From Minisyncoccia bacterium (GTDB lineage Bacteria; Patescibacteriota; Minisyncoccia; UBA6257; 2-01-FULL-56-20), in the NCBI GenBank assembly GCA_050008535.1, contig JBEKML010000001.1, positions 327,050-391,049 of the forward strand: DNA of 64,000 nt, read 5' to 3'. The notes beneath the pieces were generated by a model. It worked only from the letters and a program-made list of their open reading frames with translations. It did no database searches and was not told where the DNA came from. Each line of letters starts with the position of its first letter. Position 1 is the first letter of the stretch. Below are positions 8,577 through 16,817 of this stretch, piece by piece. The position numbers and the translations under genes are program-made.

Positions 8577-10274
8577 TTACGCGAACTTGTAGCTTATTTC
8601 CCTCACCTCTTTTATTTTCTTCAGCTTCACCACAAGCTTTTCAATCTTTATTTTATCCGTTGTGGAGACCTCGATGTGATAGAACTGGAAGCGCCCGCCC
8701 TTCGGATGGTCGGTATTGAAGTGCATGATGGTGAAGTGCTGGCGGGCGATCGCGGTCGAAATGTCTTTAATGAGTCCCACGCGCGTTTCGACGGTGATTT
8801 TGAGTTCGGTGTGCGTAGGCGCCTTGGCGGTTTGCGCAAATGCATTCTTTTCGCGGAGGGCGAGCTTGATGTGGCCGCGTGCAATGTCTGTTTTTACGAA
8901 TCGGAGCCAATCCTCGGAGGGCTTCTTCCCTTTTTGGACGATGATCTCCACGACATCGCCCGACCGCAGTGGGTGATCGAGCGGCGTGAGCGTGCCGTTT
9001 ATTTTTGCGCCCGCGCAGGAATTCCCGACTATGGAATGGATATGGTAGGCAAAGTCCACCGGCGTCGCTCCCCGGGGAAGATCAATCACATCGCCGCGCG
9101 GCGTTACGGCGAAGATCCGGTCCCTGAAGAAATCGATCTTCATTGCGCGGATGAGCTCTTCCGGGTCTTTTTCTTTTCCAAAAAAGCGTTCCTGCCAATT
9201 CTTCAATTGTTGCACCCACGTGATCTCTTCCGCCATTTTTTTCCCGGAGATCCGTTCGCCACGGCGGTTTTGATCATAGAGCCAGTGGGCGGCCACGCCG
9301 AATTCGTTCTCATCATGCATCTCTTTCGTGCGGATCTGGAACTCTATTGTCTTGTCGCCAGGGCCGATCACCGTTGTATGCAAGCTGCGGTAACCGTTCG
9401 GTTTCGGCATGGCGATGTAATCCTTGATGCGGCGGGGGACGGGCGGCCACGCTTCATGGATCACGCCCAAGGCCGCATAGCACTCCGGGATCGTTTCCAT
9501 GATCACGCGCATGGCGACGAGGTCGTGGATCTTCCCTATGTCCATGTCGCGCCGGAGCAATTTTTTATACAAGCTCGCATAGCGTTTGGCGCGGATCTCG
9601 ATGTCGTGCGGCTTGAGGTCGTGTTCCTCAAGCAGTTTCTTCACCTGCGGCTTCATTTTCTCAAGATAGGCAAGCCGCGATTGGTATTGTTCTTTTGTGG
9701 TTGCGAGGAGCCAGCGGTATTCCTGCGGATGGAGGTAAGGAAAAGCGAGATCTTCCAATTCGCCGCTCAAGTCATGCATGCCAAGGCGGTAGGCGAGCGG
9801 CGCATAGATCTCGTCGGTTTCCATCGCGACCCGTTTCTGCTTCACGGGCGGGAGCGCTTGGAGTGTTCGCATGTTGTGCAGGCGGTCGGCGAGCTTGATC
9901 AAGACCACGCGGAGGTCTTCCGAGATCGCAAGGATCATTTTCCGGAGATTTTCCACTTTGTTCTCCGCTCCGCGGTATTTGATGCGGCCGAGTTTTGTCA
10001 CGCCGTCCACGAGGAACGCGATCTCTTCGCCGAATTCTTTTTTGACCGTTTCGAGCGGCACGCTGGTGTCCTCGACCGTATCGTGCAAAAGTCCTGCGGC
10101 GATCGTGGCTTCGTCAAGATGCCAATCATTGAGGGTCCCCGCGGTCGCGAGCGGATGATTGAGATACGGCTCGCCGGTCTTCCGCTTTTGGTCCGCATGC
10201 GCCTTCTCTGCGAGAGCGTACGCTTTCGCAATAATGCCGGTCGGATTCTGTTTGACGAGTTCTTTTATTGTCAC
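8577..10274 (-). CDS. bifunctional (p)ppGpp synthetase/hydrolase RelA/SpoT homolog (short, 565 aa)
   Basis: HD hydrolase motif HDTVEDT. Synthetase block RVIMETIPECYAALGVIHEAWPPVPRRIKDYIAMPKPNGYRSLHTTVIGP. A TGS-like region follows. The C-terminal regulatory region is shortened. Confidence 0.85.
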   Translation of the reverse strand: MTIKELVKQNPTGIIAKAYALAEKAHADQKRKTGEPYLNHPLATAGTLNDWHLDEATIAAGLLHDTVEDTSVPLETVKKEFGEEIAFLVDGVTKLGRIKYRGAENKVENLRKMILAISEDLRVVLIKLADRLHNMRTLQALPPVKQKRVAMETDEIYAPLAYRLGMHDLSGELEDLAFPYLHPQEYRWLLATTKEQYQSRLAYLEKMKPQVKKLLEEHDLKPHDIEIRAKRYASLYKKLLRRDMDIGKIHDLVAMRVIMETIPECYAALGVIHEAWPPVPRRIKDYIAMPKPNGYRSLHTTVIGPGDKTIEFQIRTKEMHDENEFGVAAHWLYDQNRRGERISGKKMAEEITWVQQLKNWQERFFGKEKDPEELIRAMKIDFFRDRIFAVTPRGDVIDLPRGATPVDFAYHIHSIVGNSCAGAKINGTLTPLDHPLRSGDVVEIIVQKGKKPSEDWLRFVKTDIARGHIKLALREKNAFAQTAKAPTHTELKITVETRVGLIKDISTAIARQHFTIMHFNTDHPKGGRFQFYHIEVSTTDKIKIEKLVVKLKKIKEVREISYKFA

Positions 10275-10396
10275 CTTCTCATCTTATCTCCGAAAGAAAC
10301 GATTAGGCAGGGATTGACGAAACGAAGACGGATATGGTATAGTATTCCTAGTCTCGGGGGCCCATGAGGCCGCCGAACAAACGGAGATCTTCTCAT

Positions 10397-10900
10397 ATGA
10401 GCACTAGAAAGATCGTGGTAACCGCCTGCGGTTTAAGTCTAATAGGCGGCATTCTGGGTTTGGCGGTGCTATTTTTCTTGTCCGCGACGCGCGCCGTCGT
10501 TCCCGCATATTATTGTGGGCTTGTCGCTCTTTCTCTCTGCGCGGTAGCTGCGATGACCTTCTGCCTTGATAAGATTATGCTCGCCGCGCTGGAGGAGAGC
10601 TTTGGCAAGGAGGTTGTCATCGCGCTCAGGTTGAACGAGATCGAGCTCTGCCGGGCGGAAATCAACAAAATCCTCCGCCGACTCGAGGCGGAATGTCGCA
10701 AAGTGAAAATGGAGCTGGCGGCATTCCGCGCTAGCACCCACACATTCAAGTTTGGCACCATTCAGTGCGACCGCCTGCAAGCGTTGGTGGACGATCTCGA
10801 ATTCACTAACAACTCTCTTCGGACCGCGAGGAGTGCGGCGAGATACGTCGGTGTCGCCAGCGTGCGTAGGCAGCTTCGCATGAGGCCGCTCCAGCTCTAG
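10397..10900 (+). CDS. hypothetical membrane protein (167 aa)
   Basis: ATG at 10397 (MSTRKIVV). Two hydrophobic helices followed by a coiled-coil-like region. No motif recognised. Confidence 0.4.
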   Translation: MSTRKIVVTACGLSLIGGILGLAVLFFLSATRAVVPAYYCGLVALSLCAVAAMTFCLDKIMLAALEESFGKEVVIALRLNEIELCRAEINKILRRLEAECRKVKMELAAFRASTHTFKFGTIQCDRLQALVDDLEFTNNSLRTARSAARYVGVASVRRQLRMRPLQL

Positions 10901-10919
10901 GCCCCCGGTTTTCAAGCAG

Positions 10920-10962
10920 GACCGCTTCCCCCGCAAGGGAGAGAAGCGGTCTTTTCGTTTTA
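10920..10962. terminator. intrinsic terminator between convergent genes
   Basis: Hairpin GACCGCTTC ... GAAGCGGTC followed by TTTTCGTTTTA. Sits between the ends of the 10397..10900 (+) ORF and topA (-). Confidence 0.6.
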
Positions 10963-10966
10963 ATTC

Positions 10967-13294
10967 TTATTCTTCGCCACTTGTCTTTTTGCCACCCTTC
11001 TTTTTGGGCGGATTTTCTTTCCAATATTTAAACGCCGCCTCAAGTTCCGCTTCCGACTCCGGTTTTTTGTTCATGACGAATGTGCAGTCGGGATAGCGCG
11101 TGCAGGCATAAAAAGGCCTGCCGCGGCCGCGGGACTTTTTCTCCACGATATCTCCCGGCTTATCAAACCGATCGTTTGAAGCAAGGCACGCGGGGCATTT
11201 GAATCCGGTCTTGTTCCATATTTTTGATATGCCCTTGCAGGTTGGATAATTGCTGCAGCCGAGGAAAAAGCCGAAGCGGCCGCGGCGCACTTTCATCGGT
11301 TTTCCGCAAAGCGGACAGTGCTCGTCTTTTGTTTTTTCTTCAAGCTCGCGGATCTGTGCCGCCTCTTCTGGCATGGGAAGCGTCACCTTTACGGCGGGAT
11401 CGGGGCAGGCGAGGAATTTCCCCATGCGGCCGAACTTGATCACCATCGGTTTCCCGCAGTGCGGGCAGGGCGTCGTGGAAATTTCAACCTGTTTTGTGAC
11501 CGACGCTTCCTTTTCGTCCAGCTCCTTTTTGAACGGGCCGTAGAATTCGCGGCATACGTCCGTCCATTTCATTTTCCCTTCGGCGATCTCGTCCAGTTCC
11601 TCTTCGATGTGGGAAGTGAATTTTACATCCACGATTTCCGGAAAATTTTCCACGAGGAGGTCGTTCACCACGAAACCGATCTCCGTCGGGTGGTATTTTT
11701 TCTCCATTTTTTCCACGTAGCCGCGGTCCTGGATGGTCGAAAGGGTCGGCGCGTACGTGGATGGCCTACCGATACCCTCGGCTTCAAGTGCCTTCACGAG
11801 CGTGGCATCCGTATAGCGCGGCGGCGGTTCAGTGAAGTGCTGGACCGGTTTTATTTCATCGAGCGTCAGCCGCATGTCCTTTGTGAGTTTCGGGAGCTGG
11901 CCTTCTATCTCGCCGCCGTTCGCGCCGTTGCCGTTCGCGCCTTCGTCGCGGCCTTCGGTATAGACGCGGATGAAGCCGTCAAATTTCACCGTTTGTCCGT
12001 TCGCCCGGAAGATCTCTTTTTTTGCAGTGTCGGCTTCAATGTCCACCGCGGTTTGCTCAAGGAGCGCCTCCTTCATTTGTGAAGCGACCGTGCGTTTCCA
12101 AATAAGATCGTAAAGCCGCTGGTCGTTGCGTTCTTTGACGCCGAGCGCAGGGCCAGACGTGGCGCGGAGATTCGTGGGGCGGATCGCTTCGTGCGCTTCC
12201 TGTGCGCCTTTGCTTTTTGTGGCGTACCGGCGCGGCTCGGGGAGTTGGTATTCTTTTCCGAATTCCGCGCCGATCACTTCCTGCGCGGTCGCGAGCGCGC
12301 TTTCGGCAAGCTGCACGCTGTCGGTCCTCATGTAGGTGATGTGCCCACGCTCGTAGAGCTTTTGTGCAATGACCATTGTTTGCTTTGCCGAAAAGCCGAG
12401 CTTGCGCGCCGCTTCCTGTTGGAGCGTGGACGTGGTGAACGGGGCCGCGGGATAGCGCCGCACTTCTTTTACGGTGATGTCCAAAATTTTATAATCGGCA
12501 TTTTTCAATCCCTCTATAATTTGTTTCGCTCCGCGGCCGGTCTTGATATCCATTTTGCCGAGCGGCTTGCCGCCAAGGGAAGAGAGGGTGGCGGGAAAAG
12601 GATTTTTTCCTTTCGGCGGAAGAAAAAGCGCTTCAATGGACCAGTACTCTTCTTTATTAAAGGCGTTGATCTGCCGCTCGCGTTCCACGACCAAGCGCAC
12701 GGCCACGCTCTGCACGCGGCCTGCCGAGAGTCCGTAGCGCACCTTGCGCCACAAGAAGGGCGATAGCCCGTATCCCACGAGCCGGTCCAGCACGCGCCGC
12801 GCCTGCTGGGCGTCTATGAGATTGATATCAAGCTCGCGGGGATTTTTTAATGCTTCTTTGATGGCGGATTCGGTGATCTCATGGAACGCGATCCGTTCGT
12901 AGGGGACCGCAAGCATTTTTGCTTTGTCTTTGTTCTTTCCTTTCCCCGTGCCGCCGTCCGCGGGTGCCAGGCCGAGCGCTGCCAGAAGGTGCCACGCGAT
13001 CGCTTCGCCCTCACGGTCTTCATCGGTTGCAAGGATCACCCTTGCGGCTTTCGCGGCGAGCTTCTTCAGATTGGCAACGATCGGCTTTGCCTTCGCCGGG
13101 ATTATATACTGCGGTTCGAAATCATGCTTGACGTCGATGCCCATGGTGCTTTTCGGAAGGTCGCGAATGTGGCCGTAGGACGATTCCACGGTGAATTGTT
13201 TGCCGATGAATTTTCCGATGGTCTTTGCCTTTGTGGGCGATTCAACGATAACGAGATCCATTATTGTTTTGTTTTTATATTGTATACCCTCCAC
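10967..13294 (-). CDS. topA: DNA topoisomerase I with C-terminal zinc-ribbon repeats
   Basis: Toprim N-terminus MDLVIVESPTKAKTIGKFIG and the catalytic region. Several C-terminal CxxC...CxxC zinc ribbons. Lys-rich tail. Confidence 0.9.
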   Translation of the reverse strand: MEGIQYKNKTIMDLVIVESPTKAKTIGKFIGKQFTVESSYGHIRDLPKSTMGIDVKHDFEPQYIIPAKAKPIVANLKKLAAKAARVILATDEDREGEAIAWHLLAALGLAPADGGTGKGKNKDKAKMLAVPYERIAFHEITESAIKEALKNPRELDINLIDAQQARRVLDRLVGYGLSPFLWRKVRYGLSAGRVQSVAVRLVVERERQINAFNKEEYWSIEALFLPPKGKNPFPATLSSLGGKPLGKMDIKTGRGAKQIIEGLKNADYKILDITVKEVRRYPAAPFTTSTLQQEAARKLGFSAKQTMVIAQKLYERGHITYMRTDSVQLAESALATAQEVIGAEFGKEYQLPEPRRYATKSKGAQEAHEAIRPTNLRATSGPALGVKERNDQRLYDLIWKRTVASQMKEALLEQTAVDIEADTAKKEIFRANGQTVKFDGFIRVYTEGRDEGANGNGANGGEIEGQLPKLTKDMRLTLDEIKPVQHFTEPPPRYTDATLVKALEAEGIGRPSTYAPTLSTIQDRGYVEKMEKKYHPTEIGFVVNDLLVENFPEIVDVKFTSHIEEELDEIAEGKMKWTDVCREFYGPFKKELDEKEASVTKQVEISTTPCPHCGKPMVIKFGRMGKFLACPDPAVKVTLPMPEEAAQIRELEEKTKDEHCPLCGKPMKVRRGRFGFFLGCSNYPTCKGISKIWNKTGFKCPACLASNDRFDKPGDIVEKKSRGRGRPFYACTRYPDCTFVMNKKPESEAELEAAFKYWKENPPKKKGGKKTSGEE

Positions 13295-14303
13295 CCTTTT
13301 CCTTGACCAGATTTTTTAGGAGAAGGAAAGAAAGCGTCCGGTTTGCGGTTGGGGCTTTTAGTTTAGTGATTGCCGCTATTTTGTCAACGTCAACCGGCTT
13401 GCGAACCTCCTGCAATGCTTTTAGAATCAGCTTTTCTTCGGGCGACACCGTGTTTTCCTGCGCCGCGATTTTTTCCTTGCGTGTTACGCCATAAGCCTCA
13501 AGAATCTCTTCCGCCGCGGTCACGAGTTCCGCCCCTTGACGGATCAGCTGATGGGAGCCTGCGAAGTTAGGATGCGTGACAGGGCCGGGTACCACAAAAA
13601 CGTCACGATTTTGTTCAAGAGCGCGGCGGGCGGTCGCGAGCGATCCTGATCCTTTCGGCGCTTCAATAATAATGACCCCCTGCGCGAGACCGCTTATGAT
13701 GCGATTTCGTTCGAGGAAACGGCCGGGGTACGGCGGAGATCCCAGTGGATATTCGGAAACAATGGCGCCGCCGCTTTCAAAGATCTTTGCGGCGAGCCGG
13801 TCGTTCTCCTGCGGATAGATGGCGTTGAGGCCGCCCGCGAGGACCGCGATTGTGATGCCCCTCGCTTCAAGGCATCCCTCGTGCGCGGCGGCGTCAATGC
13901 CGAAGGCGAGGCCGCTCACTACGGCGAAGCCGGACGGTACAAGCTCGCGCGCGAAACGGCGCGCAATACTTTTGCCGTCGGGTGTTGCCCGTCGGGTGCC
14001 CACGATGGCGATAAATCGTGCGTCCCTCGGCGGCAACGTGCCGCGGATATATATCCCGAAGGGATGGTCCGTGATCTCGCCGAGAAGGGTGGGATAGTGG
14101 TCATCTGCAAAAAGGATCAGTTGTACGTTCGCCCGCGTAAGTTTTTCCCATTCTCTTTCCGGTTCAATCGGATGCGCGCACAGTTTTCCAAGCGCTTCGT
14201 GCGCGTTTTTCCAGTCGCCGAATTTTTTCTTAAGCTTCGCGATTTTCCCGTAGTCGCCCGCGACCGCTGCGGCGACAGCATTGTAGTAAAACGCTTCTTC
14301 CAT
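13275..14303 (-). CDS. dprA: DNA processing protein DprA (Smf)
   Basis: Rossmann-like DprA core (GLAFGIDAAAHEG...GSGSLATARRALEQNRDVFVVPG) with a C-terminal winged-helix-like tail. Its 3' end overlaps topA by 20 nt. Confidence 0.8.
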   Translation of the reverse strand: MEEAFYYNAVAAAVAGDYGKIAKLKKKFGDWKNAHEALGKLCAHPIEPEREWEKLTRANVQLILFADDHYPTLLGEITDHPFGIYIRGTLPPRDARFIAIVGTRRATPDGKSIARRFARELVPSGFAVVSGLAFGIDAAAHEGCLEARGITIAVLAGGLNAIYPQENDRLAAKIFESGGAIVSEYPLGSPPYPGRFLERNRIISGLAQGVIIIEAPKGSGSLATARRALEQNRDVFVVPGPVTHPNFAGSHQLIRQGAELVTAAEEILEAYGVTRKEKIAAQENTVSPEEKLILKALQEVRKPVDVDKIAAITKLKAPTANRTLSFLLLKNLVKEKGGGYTI

Positions 14304-14380
14304 CCTCTACAGCGTCAAGGAAAAGACAGGAAAGGTAAAGTATGCGTTAACAATGTTTTAATGATAGAATAGGAAAGAAG

Positions 14381-14911
14381 ATGAAAGGCAATCCTAGGAA
14401 ACAACTCTGGATGAGCTTCGGCATCGTCTTTGGGGTGGTTGTGGTCGCCTCGGTTGCGCTCTATTTTTTGTTGAGCGATCTTGATGCGCAGGCCGCAAGG
14501 ATCGTTTCCGATAAAGCACTTGTGGCGCAGCGGGTCGCGGTCGTCAGCGCTCTTGCAAGCCTCAAAAGTGATGCGGTACAGGCCGCGCAGTATGCGGACG
14601 CTATGAACAAACTGCTCCCTTCCCACGACGAGCTCATTGGTTTTCCGCAATGGATCGCCTCCGCGGGTCAGGAGCATAATGTTTCAGTTTCGATTGTATT
14701 TCGGGGGAACAATACGGTTGCCACCAATGCTCTTCCCGGAAGCGATGGTTTTTCTTTGGGTGCGAGCGGTGCGGCCACCGACATTGTTGCATTTCTTAGC
14801 GATCTCGAGACGCGCTCCGCGGGATTTCTCCTTTCTATCGATTCGTTTGATCTAACAAGCAACGGTTCGAGCTATCAACTTTCCGCGCAGGGAAGAGTGT
14901 TTTCAAAATAA
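14381..14911 (+). CDS. hypothetical membrane-anchored protein, possible PilO-like pilus assembly component
   Basis: Single N-terminal TM helix, a coiled-coil-like segment, then a beta-rich C-terminal region. Architecture only. Lies near dprA and the pilus genes. Confidence 0.3.
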   Translation: MKGNPRKQLWMSFGIVFGVVVVASVALYFLLSDLDAQAARIVSDKALVAQRVAVVSALASLKSDAVQAAQYADAMNKLLPSHDELIGFPQWIASAGQEHNVSVSIVFRGNNTVATNALPGSDGFSLGASGAATDIVAFLSDLETRSAGFLLSIDSFDLTSNGSSYQLSAQGRVFSK

Positions 14912-14916
14912 CCATC

Positions 14917-15135
14917 ATGAAGAAGATTTTAAGAAAGTACCCGGAGACAGTGCTCGCCATCCTCGCTATTGTTTTTCTCGGAGTCATTTTGGCGTATTTC
15001 AGTTGGGGGATCGGCGAGATGGTGGGGGAAGTGGACCGTGCCGTGAATGCAACGCCGGAGGTCAGTGGGGGCGTCGGGTTTGATCTTAAAGGCGCGCAAG
15101 CGCTGAATCTGAAGGGACTTGTCAAACCACAATAG
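14917..15135 (+). CDS. hypothetical small membrane protein (72 aa)
   Basis: Hydrophobic helix AILAIVFLGVILAYFSW. Tightly linked downstream of 14381..14911. Confidence 0.3.
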   Translation: MKKILRKYPETVLAILAIVFLGVILAYFSWGIGEMVGEVDRAVNATPEVSGGVGFDLKGAQALNLKGLVKPQ

Positions 15136-15160
15136 GAGGCCGTATGATGAACCGTGTCCC

Positions 15161-15232
15161 GCGTCCTTAGCTCAGTGGTAGAGCGCTACAATGACACTGT
15201 AGAGGCCGGAGGTCCGATCCCTCCAGGACGCA
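15161..15232 (+). tRNA. tRNA-Val (anticodon GAC)
   Basis: GCGTCCT TA GCTC AGTGGTA GAGC G CTACA AUGACAC TGTAG AGGCC GGAGG TCCGATC CCTCC AGGACGC A. The T-loop has C at position 55. Confidence 0.75.
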
Positions 15233-15279
15233 CCGGTTGCGATCGGCATACATGCCGTGCGTGATCGCGATCAATGCAA

Positions 15280-15351
15280 GCGCATGTAGTTCAGTGGTAG
15301 AACGCGTTCCTGATAAGAACGAGGTCGTAGGTTCGATTCCTACCATGCGCA
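15280..15351 (+). tRNA. tRNA-Ile (anticodon GAU)
   Basis: GCGCATG TA GTTC AGTGGTA GAAC G CGTTC CUGAUAA GAACG AGGTC GTAGG TTCGATT CCTAC CATGCGC A. Confidence 0.8.
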
Positions 15352-15352
15352 C
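15335..15352. repeat. 18-bp direct repeat copy 1 (tRNA-Ile 3' end GATTCCTACCATGCGCAC)
   Basis: Exact second copy at 15549-15566. Confidence 0.6.
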
Positions 15353-15434
15353 AGGCAGAACAAAAAGGGATTTGGAAAGAGTACTAAGAAGGGCTCTTTC
15401 CAAATCCCTTTTTGTTCTGCCTGTGGTCTTTTGT
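15352..15434 (+). terminator. very strong intrinsic terminator after the tRNA-Val/Ile pair (30-bp perfect stem)
   Basis: Perfect 30-bp arms CAGGCAGAACAAAAAGGGATTTGGAAAGAG / CTCTTTCCAAATCCCTTTTTGTTCTGCCTG, loop TACTAAGAAGGG, followed by TGGTCTTTTGTT. Confidence 0.65.
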
Positions 15435-15548
15435 TGGGAATCGAACGAGGGGCGGGTCGGAGGGGACACTCGGTGTCCCCTCCGTGTAGGAGAGAGGTTG
15501 AGAACCGAGGGTTCTCAAGGCGCAGGCGGCGCAGCCGCCGAGCAGTAA

Positions 15549-15566
15549 GATTCCTACCATGCGCAC
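15549..15566. repeat. 18-bp direct repeat copy 2 (duplicate of tRNA-Ile 3' end)
   Basis: GATTCCTACCATGCGCAC repeated about 196 bp downstream of the tRNA copy. The intervening DNA is hairpin-rich. Confidence 0.6.
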
Positions 15567-15691
15567 GAAATATGATACACGACGAGTTGTTTTTTGATGT
15601 CTCAAACGAGTGCTTGACATAGTGAATTATTCTATGTTATAATAACACCAGTTGTTTAAATGCTTGATCCTGACCTGATTTGGAGGCTACC

Positions 15692-16690
15692 GTGAACAAG
15701 AAGCTCGTGGCCATCTTGATGGCCGTTTTCTTCCTTGGTGCCATCGCCTACTTGGGCGCGTCGCTTTGGAATGACTACAACTCCTACCGCCTGCGGGTCG
15801 CCGCTCTACACAACAGCGAGCCGGCTCCGAACGTCGACAACGGCACGCAGTCGGAAGAACCCAACAAATTACCACCGATGTACTCGGTGGTGAACCCGAG
15901 CCGCTTCCCCCTGAGCATCGTCAATTACAAAGGGCACTGGGTCGCGCTCGGCAAGGAACCAACCGTGCCCAACATCGAGTGGCGCTACGGCAGCGGCGAA
16001 TCGTTCCTGATGCGGTCGCCGGCCGGCGGTCGCATCGATGAAGTGTACGAGGGCTACTGCGTGAGCTACAACGAGCAGGGGGATTGCAAGGAAAAAAAGA
16101 CCCTCGTCGCTCGTTCACGGTGGGTTCGTCGTGGGCAACTCATCCGCGTGGTGAGTGGCGCGATTGTTCAGTTGGAGGGCAGAGCGATTTGCCGCCCAGT
16201 CGGAGATTCTCTGTTCCGCGCAACGCCGGTCGAGGAACTCCGCGATCCAAGCTGGAAACCCCGGGAAGTGGTGCGCAAGTTCGCTTCTGTTGACGAGCTG
16301 CGACACTTTGCCCAAGAAAGGGGCCAATGGATCGTCGTCGGGAGTAAGCTCGGGGCGCCGCTTTTCGGCTATCGCCATCCCGGAGCGCGGGTCTATGCCG
16401 TGGAGCACGAAAGGAAGCAATATTACGCATTTGGCCTCCTCGGCAAGAAGAAGCCCACCAAGCCGCTTGAAGGGTGCGCGGCACTGCCGATTCACGTCGG
16501 CTATCGTTACCTGCCCCTCGGCGTCGGCCACGACGCGGAGTACGGACCGGGATGTGTGAGCATCTTCGGTTTCGGCGCAGGGAGCGACGTGCGGGATATG
16601 CATAACGTCCGCATGGCAATCCTCTCGCGCGGCGAGGCGTGGTATTACGGCGACCCGGCGCCGAAATTCCGGCTCGAGGCTGTCCAATAG
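15692..16690 (+). CDS. hypothetical secreted/membrane-anchored protein (333 aa)
   Basis: GTG at 15692, preceded by GGAGG 5 nt upstream. N-terminal signal anchor LVAILMAVFFLGAIAYLGASLW. Very GC-rich coding. No motif recognised. Confidence 0.4.
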   Translation: MNKKLVAILMAVFFLGAIAYLGASLWNDYNSYRLRVAALHNSEPAPNVDNGTQSEEPNKLPPMYSVVNPSRFPLSIVNYKGHWVALGKEPTVPNIEWRYGSGESFLMRSPAGGRIDEVYEGYCVSYNEQGDCKEKKTLVARSRWVRRGQLIRVVSGAIVQLEGRAICRPVGDSLFRATPVEELRDPSWKPREVVRKFASVDELRHFAQERGQWIVVGSKLGAPLFGYRHPGARVYAVEHERKQYYAFGLLGKKKPTKPLEGCAALPIHVGYRYLPLGVGHDAEYGPGCVSIFGFGAGSDVRDMHNVRMAILSRGEAWYYGDPAPKFRLEAVQ

Positions 16691-16817
16691 CCCGGCCGCG
16701 ACAATCGTTTTCTAGACGGCGAGGCAGGAATGCCTCGCCGATTTGTTTTTGTGGACCCGGAAAGAAGTCAAACCCCCTTTAAAATAGTTTTAATGCCCGT
16801 CGTGCTACGATGCGGGC

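Noticed and set aside
8316-10367. 683-aa plus-strand ORF antisense to relA/spoT
   Set aside because: It lies entirely antisense to a gene with unambiguous RelA/SpoT motifs. High GC produces long stop-free antisense frames. No recognisable motifs, and Arg/Ala-rich composition typical of antisense translation.
11318-12766. 254-aa and 191-aa plus-strand ORFs antisense to topA
   Set aside because: They overlap the well-supported topoisomerase I gene on the other strand. GC-driven artefacts.
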